Shown here one piece after another: positions 57,533-64,000 of a stretch of DNA of 64,000 bases. Origin of the DNA: Bdellovibrionota bacterium (lineage in GTDB: Bacteria; Bdellovibrionota; UBA2428). A program made the position numbers and the translations under genes. Position 1 is the first letter of the stretch. Every line of letters starts with the position of its first letter. The notes beneath the pieces were generated by a model. The model searched no databases. It had not been told where the DNA came from and worked only from the letters and a program-made list of their open reading frames with translations. The stretch spans positions 128,309 through 192,308 of the forward strand of contig JBIKUK010000002.1 of the NCBI GenBank assembly GCA_044347615.1, in the 5' to 3' direction.

Positions 57533-58066
57533 ATGGAAATATTACCAACACTACTTGAGGGAGTTTTTGCACTAAAATCAAAAATCTTTAATGATGAACG
57601 AGGTTTTTTTTTAGAAGCCTACAAGGAATCAATTTTTAAAGAAAGCAACATTTGTGTCTCTTGGGTTCAGGATAATGTTTCAGTTTCACAAAAGGGTGTT
57701 GTTAGGGGATTGCATTTTCAAAAACATCCTTTTGCGCAAATAAAATTAGTAAGAGTTTTAAGTGGAAGAGCATTCGATGTTGCAGTTGATTTAAGAAAAA
57801 ATTCAAAAACATTTGGTAAATGTTATTCTCTGGAGCTTTCTGGTGATAATGGTTTGGCTCTTTATGTGCCTGAGGGCTTTGCTCATGGGTTTCAAGCCTT
57901 AGAAGATAAAACTGTTTTGTCCTATAAATGTAGTCAACTATATAACCCATCTGCAGAATCTGGGATCATATGGAATGATCCTGACTTAAATATTGATTGG
58001 CCTTTAAGGAATAATGCAATTTGTTCGTCAAAAGATCAAAAGCTTTTATCGATGAAGGAATTTTGA
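57533..58066 (+). CDS. rmlC: dTDP-4-dehydrorhamnose 3,5-epimerase
   Basis: It has the RmlC motifs FNDERGFFLE, RGLHFQ and the cupin fold length of 177 aa. Confidence 0.85.
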   Translation: MEILPTLLEGVFALKSKIFNDERGFFLEAYKESIFKESNICVSWVQDNVSVSQKGVVRGLHFQKHPFAQIKLVRVLSGRAFDVAVDLRKNSKTFGKCYSLELSGDNGLALYVPEGFAHGFQALEDKTVLSYKCSQLYNPSAESGIIWNDPDLNIDWPLRNNAICSSKDQKLLSMKEF

Positions 58067-58067
58067 A

Positions 58068-58967
58068 GTGAAGGTTTTTATCACAGGGGTATCGAGCTTT
58101 ACGGGTTGTCACATCGCTCGAGCTTTCTGTGAATCAAAATTAAAAAACAGCTCTGTTTTTGGCGTTTTAACAAGAAAGCTTTCTGATTATTCAGTTCTAG
58201 AAAGACAAAGGCTAGAATATTCTTTAGTTCAAAATTGGATTGAAGAAGCGTCTTTTGGTTCAAAAAATTTTATCAATTCTATTTTGAAAATAAAGCCAGA
58301 TGTTTTTATTAATCATGGAGCTTCAATAAAGGGGTATAGAGAGAAAAACTTTGATGTTCATGGATGCGTTGAAAAAGCTATATTTAATTTGGATGATGTT
58401 GTGGGTGCTCTGTCTTTTCGATGTCACTTTATTCATTCGGGGTCTGTTTTTGAGTCAGATAATGAGCGGGGCTTGAGTGCTTATTCTCCTTATGGGTTAG
58501 CTAAAGCTCTCATTTGGGAAGAGATTTTAAAATATAATAAAAAAATTAAAATAACAAAAATTGTCATTCCTGATCCTGTAGGTGTTTATGAAAACCCTGA
58601 TAGATTGGGCCCTGTTCTTTTTCGAAAATGGAACTTGGGGAAAGGGGTCGACTTAAAGAATCCTGATGTCATTCAAGATAGACTTCCCGCTCCATGGCTA
58701 GCTCGTAAATATTGTGAAGCAACTGAAGAATCTAATACAGAAACATGCAATATTGTAAGGCCATCAGCGTTTTGTAGTAGTAATTTAGATTGGGTTAAAA
58801 AATTGGCTTTTTACTTTGAAAAGAAAACAAGTAAGAAGTGTTCTGCTTGGAATCTCTTGCCAAACTTTGATACTGAGAGAAAAAATACAGAAACTGTCAG
58901 TGAAGTTTTTAGTAATGAAGAATGTGAAAGGTTTTTTGATGAATATTCAGAATGGTTACTTAAATGA
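58068..58967 (+). CDS. NAD(P)-dependent epimerase/reductase, possibly a divergent dTDP-4-dehydrorhamnose reductase (RmlD-like)
   Basis: It sits between rmlC and rmlB. It has an SDR YxxxK (YGLAK) but a non-canonical N-terminal Gly motif (ITGVSSFTGCHIA). Confidence 0.5.
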   Translation: MKVFITGVSSFTGCHIARAFCESKLKNSSVFGVLTRKLSDYSVLERQRLEYSLVQNWIEEASFGSKNFINSILKIKPDVFINHGASIKGYREKNFDVHGCVEKAIFNLDDVVGALSFRCHFIHSGSVFESDNERGLSAYSPYGLAKALIWEEILKYNKKIKITKIVIPDPVGVYENPDRLGPVLFRKWNLGKGVDLKNPDVIQDRLPAPWLARKYCEATEESNTETCNIVRPSAFCSSNLDWVKKLAFYFEKKTSKKCSAWNLLPNFDTERKNTETVSEVFSNEECERFFDEYSEWLLK

Positions 58968-59947
58968 CTAAGATCTTAGTAACGGGATGTGCCGGTTTTA
59001 TTGGTGGAAATTTTGTAAGGCTCCTTTTAGGTAAGTCTTTTTTAAATAAAAGTTATTCTTTTTCATCGTTAGAGCTTGATGAGGTGATCGGGATCGATGC
59101 CATGAGAATTGGATCTTCAGATAAACTTCTAGGTGAGCTCAAAAAAAATGAAAAATTTAAATTCTATCAATATGACATTTGCGACAGGCAATCGCTTAAA
59201 GAAGTTCTTGATAAGCATAAGCCTGACATGATTGTAAATTTTGCAGCCGAAAGCCATGTGGATCGAAGTATCAATAGCTCAGATGCTTTTGTGCATTCAA
59301 ATGTATTGGGCACAGTTAATCTTTTAGAGTTATGCAAAGATAGGTCTTTGAGATATCTGCAGGTTTCGACAGACGAGGTTTATGGAGAGCTTGGCGAAAC
59401 AGGATCTTTTTTAGAGACGACACCTCTTGCCCCCAATTCTCCTTACTCTGCATCTAAAGCAGCTGCGGATTGTTTTGTAAGATCATTTGTTCATACACAT
59501 AAGCTTGATGCCGTAATTACTCGTTGCTCTAATAATTATGGGCCCCATCAGTTTCCTGAGAAATTTATACCCGTTGTGGTTACAAATGCTTTAAAAAATC
59601 AAAAAATTCCAGTTTATGGAAGCGGACTGAATGTTCGTGATTGGCTTCATGTAGAGGATCATTGTTGGGGTGTCTTTTTGGCTTTGACCAAAGGAAAAGC
59701 TGGCGAAGTTTATAATTTTGGTGGTTTTGGTGAGCGCAATAATTTAGAGGTAGCTCATCAAATCGTAGACATATTGAAAAAAGATAAGTCTCTTATTTCT
59801 TTTGTTGAAGATCGTAAGGGGCATGACTGGAGATATTCAATTGATTCGTCAAAGGCTCAGCAGCAACTTGGCTGGAAACCACTTTGGGACTTTAATGAAG
59901 GACTAATGCACACGGTTGCGTGGTACAGATCGGAAAAAGAAGCTTAG
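58964..59947 (+). CDS. rmlB: dTDP-glucose 4,6-dehydratase
   Basis: It has MTKILVTGCAGFIGGNFV (GxxGxxG) and YSASKAAAD (YxxxK). It has the extended SDR length of 327 aa. Confidence 0.9.
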   Translation: MTKILVTGCAGFIGGNFVRLLLGKSFLNKSYSFSSLELDEVIGIDAMRIGSSDKLLGELKKNEKFKFYQYDICDRQSLKEVLDKHKPDMIVNFAAESHVDRSINSSDAFVHSNVLGTVNLLELCKDRSLRYLQVSTDEVYGELGETGSFLETTPLAPNSPYSASKAAADCFVRSFVHTHKLDAVITRCSNNYGPHQFPEKFIPVVVTNALKNQKIPVYGSGLNVRDWLHVEDHCWGVFLALTKGKAGEVYNFGGFGERNNLEVAHQIVDILKKDKSLISFVEDRKGHDWRYSIDSSKAQQQLGWKPLWDFNEGLMHTVAWYRSEKEA

Positions 59948-61063
59948 AAGTTTTTTGCATAAAGTTTTCTCTGGGGTTAATCCTTGAGAGGGTATAGCCG
60001 ATTTTATCAGCTCAGCCTTTTCTTTTGGCTTTTCAGACGAAGTGCTTGTAGGCGAAGGATTTGAGGGTTTGTCATTTTGATGAACAATAATTCTTTCATC
60101 CTCTTGAGCATCGATGCGACGAGAGAATTCCCAAAAATCTAAAATTTTTAGATCATCATCAGTAAGAATACGGCGCTCTGTTGTGTGGCCTCTTTTTTCT
60201 TGAAGTTCTTTAATGATGTGAGTTTTGTCCAGAATATGGGCTCTGTTTTCTAGGTAATTTTCGTTATCTTGAAGTTTTGTGAAGATTTGAAAAGGAAAAA
60301 TGGTTGATAGGTAAGGGGCATATTCGACATTGCTTCGATTGTTCATTGATTTAGCAAAAGCAGGATCAGCAAGAAGAGAAAAGCTGCGAGAGTTCGGCAT
60401 TTTTTCTGATAATAAAAAATAATTAAGCACGGGTTCTTGATTTTTGAGATATCGACAAAGTTCTTGCTCAAGAAAGAGTTCTACTTCTTGGGTTGATTTA
60501 GGAGCAAGAAATTCTTTGTAGTCGGGGTTCATCAAGATCAGCGATATGTTTGGTCGTCTTGAGACAAGAGCCATAATATCTAGGCGGAGCTTGTTTTTGT
60601 TTAAACTTGAAAGATAAGCGCTTAGTTCATGGCTCATGAACTGTAAGGTGTCTCCCATGGACCAATAATCAAATAGGACGATCTTATCGAAGTCGTTAAT
60701 TTTTGAAATAGGAAACAACTGTTCGAATATGTCTTGAATTTTTTTTTGAAATTTAATTTCTTTATTTTCAAGTCTTAGCCTCTGAAGTTCTGGCTTAATA
60801 GATAGGGGGACATGTAAAACATCAAATCCAGCGTATTGTAAAAGTGTATCTACAGGAGCAGGTCCTCGCCCAATCATGATAAATAGCGGGTTTTGAGTGC
60901 CATCGTTAAGGGTTCTGTTTATCATAAGCTGCGTAAGCGAAACTGCATCTTTGATTTCGTAATCACTTAATTGGCCGGCGTTGACATTAAAAGCAAAAAG
61001 AAAAAAAAAACTCACAATAAAAAACTGAGTTTTGTTTTTCATAGCACTAAAATTCCCTAGCAA
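59903..61063 (-). CDS. Secreted hypothetical protein
   Basis: It has a signal peptide (MKNKTQFFIVSFFFLFAFNVNA; the likely start is at 61039). The 3' end overlaps the rmlB 3' end by 45 nt in convergent orientation. Confidence 0.5.
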   Translation of the reverse strand: MLGNFSAMKNKTQFFIVSFFFLFAFNVNAGQLSDYEIKDAVSLTQLMINRTLNDGTQNPLFIMIGRGPAPVDTLLQYAGFDVLHVPLSIKPELQRLRLENKEIKFQKKIQDIFEQLFPISKINDFDKIVLFDYWSMGDTLQFMSHELSAYLSSLNKNKLRLDIMALVSRRPNISLILMNPDYKEFLAPKSTQEVELFLEQELCRYLKNQEPVLNYFLLSEKMPNSRSFSLLADPAFAKSMNNRSNVEYAPYLSTIFPFQIFTKLQDNENYLENRAHILDKTHIIKELQEKRGHTTERRILTDDDLKILDFWEFSRRIDAQEDERIIVHQNDKPSNPSPTSTSSEKPKEKAELIKSAIPSQGLTPEKTLCKKLLSFFFRSVPRNRVH

Positions 61064-61089
61064 AACTTAAAACTTTAAGCACCTAAGAG

Positions 61090-62469
61090 TCAAAGAGAAA
61101 GTGGTAATCGCTCGTTGATATCGTATACAGTTTTTGTGGTCTTAGAGAAAGGTTCTTGGATTTCGCCAATGGGGACAGGTGTGCCTAGGGCAAGGATTGT
61201 TTCTGGGTCAAAAAGAGCCTCTATCAGCTGCTGAATGTATTTTTTTCCTCGGTCAGCCCTCATGTTTTGCGAGTAGGCAGCCCTGTATTCCTCTTCTTCG
61301 GTATTCCAGTATCGGCGAATCCTTTTGTAGGCCTCTCCAGAGTTAAGAGCTTTTTGAGCATAAAGTAAAAACTCTGAAGATTTTTGAGTCTTACGCGAAA
61401 AGTTTATATCCTCTGCAATCGAGTACATGTGGTGTCCGTCGAAAGCGGAAAAGCCAAGCCTTCCATATTCGTCCATGTTTCGACGACTGCTAAGCTTAAT
61501 AGATTTTCCGTAATGTGTTCCATTTTTAATTTTATTATAAATTTGTAAGGGGTCGTCATAGGCGTAAATATGTAAGCCTATGATGTCAGGATTAACGGTT
61601 ACCAAATCGCTTTTGGGTTTTTCAGCTTTTTCGTAAAAATAACCAAGAGTAACACTTGGCGCAAGTGAGTTGAATGTAATGAGGTCAACTTGGACTCGAG
61701 AGGTTTCGGTTTGAGCTTTTGTGTAGGCATTGGCCAAGTTAGAAACAAGCGATCCGCCGAGTGAGTGTCCCGTAAAAAGTAAACGTTGCTGAGGGTATTG
61801 AGCTGAAAAGTAATTGAGTGCATCTACGTATTTTTTATTAAGTACGGCTTCTTGTTGGAACTCGCTAAATGTACGTTTCGTAAAGTTTTCAACTCGCTCT
61901 TCCACTGCATTGCTAATTTGTCTAAATCCTGGAACCACAATTTTGATAGGTTCAAGAATTTGTGCAAGATATCCACTCCCCTTTCTTTTAATATTTTCAA
62001 CAAAATCTCCAAAAGTAGAAGTGCCCTTTACGGATATAATGGGAGGCAATTCGGGGAGGAGTGGCTTATAAACAACAACAAACATTTTGCAATCTTGAAC
62101 GGGAATGAACCTATAGAGCTTAGAGTTTACACAGCTAAATCCCTCAATGTCGTATCCGTCCATAAGGATTGTTTGCTTCAGTTGGGGATTTTGTTTGTAA
62201 AGCAATTCAGCATCTTTAAAGCGAAAAAAACCTTTTAAGTGAAAATCAGAAACAGTGTTTTCATGGACATAAGATGCAGAGGATTTCTTTAAGAATTTAA
62301 AAAGTTTATAACTGCGATCACTTGCATAAAAAGCGCTATCAATTTTTTGAGCTTGAGCTACTTTTTCTTTCAGTAAGTTAGAAGATTGGATTGAGGTGGA
62401 CAGTGTAAAAGATACAAAAATTAACAGCTTAGCCAATAGCGGCAGTACTTGCCTGCTTGAATTGTTCAT
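61090..62469 (-). CDS. Secreted class 3 lipase (alpha/beta hydrolase)
   Basis: It has a signal peptide. LLFTGHSLGGSLVSNLA is the GHSLG nucleophile elbow of the Lipase_3 family. Confidence 0.8.
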   Translation of the reverse strand: MNNSSRQVLPLLAKLLIFVSFTLSTSIQSSNLLKEKVAQAQKIDSAFYASDRSYKLFKFLKKSSASYVHENTVSDFHLKGFFRFKDAELLYKQNPQLKQTILMDGYDIEGFSCVNSKLYRFIPVQDCKMFVVVYKPLLPELPPIISVKGTSTFGDFVENIKRKGSGYLAQILEPIKIVVPGFRQISNAVEERVENFTKRTFSEFQQEAVLNKKYVDALNYFSAQYPQQRLLFTGHSLGGSLVSNLANAYTKAQTETSRVQVDLITFNSLAPSVTLGYFYEKAEKPKSDLVTVNPDIIGLHIYAYDDPLQIYNKIKNGTHYGKSIKLSSRRNMDEYGRLGFSAFDGHHMYSIAEDINFSRKTQKSSEFLLYAQKALNSGEAYKRIRRYWNTEEEEYRAAYSQNMRADRGKKYIQQLIEALFDPETILALGTPVPIGEIQEPFSKTTKTVYDINERLPLSL

Positions 62470-62562
62470 CTAGCACCCCCTAGAAGGGCGTTATATTAAA
62501 TTCAAAAATAAAAAGCAAGATAGAGTAAGGTTCGTTCTTTCTAAATAAGACTTAAAATTTGA

Positions 62563-62790
62563 TTACTTTTTGTGACTTCCGTCACAGTAGGGTGGGTTAT
62601 TTGTTTCTTTACACTGGCAAAGAGCGACTTTAGTTTTTTCTTTTAACTCAAATGCCATGGGTGTGAAGTTTGTTCCTTTATGGGCTCCATTGCAGAAGGG
62701 CTGTTTGTCTGAGAGTCCACAGGTACAGTAAAAATATTTTCCCGCTTCGAGTTCGAGGACGGCAGGTTTGTTTTTTTTGTGATCGCTCAT
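62563..62790 (-). CDS. CDGSH-type iron-sulfur domain protein with two CDGSH motifs
   Basis: CTCGLSDKQPFCNGAH and CQCKETNNPPYCDGSH are two C-x-C-x(8-10)-C-(D/N)-G-(A/S)-H motifs. Confidence 0.8.
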   Translation of the reverse strand: MSDHKKNKPAVLELEAGKYFYCTCGLSDKQPFCNGAHKGTNFTPMAFELKEKTKVALCQCKETNNPPYCDGSHKK

Positions 62791-62887
62791 ATTTTTATTT
62801 TACATGAACTCAAAATAAAAACAAAATAAAAAGAAAAGCTCATCTGTTCTTTGCATGGAACAATATTAATTTTTAAAGCTAAACTTT

Positions 62888-63838
62888 TTGCGTCAGAACT
62901 GTGAAGAGCGAGTCACTCTCTTGTATATTTCGTCTTGCTTTATTGGATTAAAGGGTGTGGTTAGAGTGAATGTTTTTTTAACGGGTTTTCTTTTTTTATT
63001 AAGTTACTCATCAGGCTATTCGTTGGAAGTTTTTAATCAAAAATATGATTCGCTTTTTTTTAAAGCAGAAGATTTTGTGAGAAAACAGACTCCTTCAAAA
63101 GAAGTTTTGCTTTGTACACGCTCGCTTCCTCAGAACACTCGTTACTTTTTGTATAGGCGGTATGTGGATCAGCTGATTAAGGAGGGCTCGAGAAATACAG
63201 CTGAAAAAAATATTTCCAAATATGCACTTATGTCTTACCTAGCTTGTCGGGAAAGTGGGGGGCTTGGTGTTGCTTTGTCGGCTCATGGGAGTGAGGCAAA
63301 GGTTAGCTATTATGGTCATGTCTATTCGGCCTTAAAGAGAGGCATTCGAGAAATGATTGCCAAAAGATTTAAGTATAAAAGAAAAAATTATTTTTCGATA
63401 ACAACGAACGTAGGATTATTTCAGATTTCAATTGATCAGGTTGATGATGTCCCAGATAGATATGACCCTGAATTAGAAATTCATCGGTATTTTTCTGAGC
63501 GCGTCAGGTCTCTTGCAAAGATGAGCGATAAGTCTTTGATTCTTTCTTGTGGAACAGCTGAGCTTTTTGATTTTCAAAAAGAACCTGAGCTTCTAATGGA
63601 TCTCAGAGAAGCCCTTAACCCCATGAAGAATCCTTCTGAATTAGAGCAGCTTTCACAGTATGCTAAGCTGCAAACTCTTTGTCCTGCTTTGAATTTTGAA
63701 CTTGCAAAAAAAATTCATGATCTTAAAGGAGCCCGTTACTTTGGTCCTTTGAATAATAAAAGGAATAGTCGCTCTTGTGGAACAGTTTTTAGCCTCTGTG
63801 CGCCAATTTTTAGGACAATCAACGCATTAGTTTTTTAA
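62888..63838 (+). CDS. Hypothetical protein, probably secreted
   Basis: It is a clean 316-aa ORF. An internal hydrophobic segment (VNVFLTGFLFLLSYSSGYS) may be the true signal peptide with a later start. Confidence 0.45.
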   Translation: MRQNCEERVTLLYISSCFIGLKGVVRVNVFLTGFLFLLSYSSGYSLEVFNQKYDSLFFKAEDFVRKQTPSKEVLLCTRSLPQNTRYFLYRRYVDQLIKEGSRNTAEKNISKYALMSYLACRESGGLGVALSAHGSEAKVSYYGHVYSALKRGIREMIAKRFKYKRKNYFSITTNVGLFQISIDQVDDVPDRYDPELEIHRYFSERVRSLAKMSDKSLILSCGTAELFDFQKEPELLMDLREALNPMKNPSELEQLSQYAKLQTLCPALNFELAKKIHDLKGARYFGPLNNKRNSRSCGTVFSLCAPIFRTINALVF

Positions 63839-63891
63839 AAAAAAAGAAGTCTCATTGATAAATCCGAGTGAAGATTCTAGTTTCACTTCAT

Positions 63892-64000
63892 ATGTCAAAC
63901 GAAAGCATGTGTCCTTTTTCAAGTGGAACTCGTAAGCATACAGTTGCAGCCGCACCTTCCAACTCCAAGTGGTGGCCGGAGCAATTGAATTTAAAAATAT
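63892..64000 (+). CDS. katG: Catalase-peroxidase, N-terminal fragment. The window ends inside the gene.
   Basis: MSNESMCPFSSGTRKHTVAAAPSNSKWWPEQLNLKI matches the KatG N-terminal consensus (…CPF…G………WWP.QL.L..L). Confidence 0.85.
   Translation, partial: MSNESMCPFSSGTRKHTVAAAPSNSKWWPEQLNLKI

Noticed and set aside
1-64000. CRISPR arrays, IS elements, rRNA genes
   Set aside because: No short regularly spaced direct repeats, no transposase-like ORFs and no rRNA consensus blocks were seen anywhere in the window.

Overview
The window is AT-rich (~38-40% GC), gene-dense bacterial chromosome with mostly short intergenic gaps, many ATGA start/stop overlaps and an unusually high fraction of signal-peptide proteins and secreted hydrolases. 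On content alone I infer, with low confidence, a predatory Bdellovibrio-and-like organism (Bacteriovoracaceae-like) or another hydrolase-rich Gram-negative.

Recognisable content, 5' to 3':
- A 5'-truncated giant Bap-like surface adhesin carrying near-identical 876-bp tandem repeats.
- feoAB with a divergent fur.
- Secreted enzymes: an S1/P1 nuclease, an M14 carboxypeptidase, an NPP-type phosphodiesterase, three lipases (two SGNH, one class 3), a patatin, an EEP-family hydrolase and a GH3-containing glycosidase pair.
- A split phospholipase D/cardiolipin synthase (cls) with an in-frame stop.
- A MacAB/Lol-like ABC exporter.
- A SEDS protein and tRNA-Gly(GCC).
- TolC-RND efflux genes with no adjacent membrane-fusion gene.
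- A metal-homeostasis cluster with a P1B ATPase, followed by Hsp20 and a universal stress protein.
- A beta-CASP RNase, an RRM RNA-binding protein and a lipocalin.
- A five-gene type IV pilin-like operon.
- rmlA, rmlC, an rmlD-like gene and rmlB.
- A CDGSH Fe-S protein and the 5' end of katG.

No transposase, integrase, CRISPR array or rRNA was seen.

Most worth a second look:
- The tightly coupled pilin-like operon (46955-53091), which carries unusually large pilin-like proteins and a polytopic membrane protein.
- A ~1-kb GC-elevated, hairpin-dense region without a convincing CDS (54408-55376). It may be a structured RNA or a foreign remnant.
- Paired long disordered Ser/Pro-rich secreted proteins (12748-16289).
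- The cls gene interrupted by a single in-frame TAA.
- A metal cluster whose P1B ATPase has a TPCP motif and no N-terminal metal-binding domain.
- A Met/Pro-rich secreted protein with MMxxMM repeats.
- A perfect DnaA-box palindrome plus a strong terminator, with no CDS, next to the tRNA.
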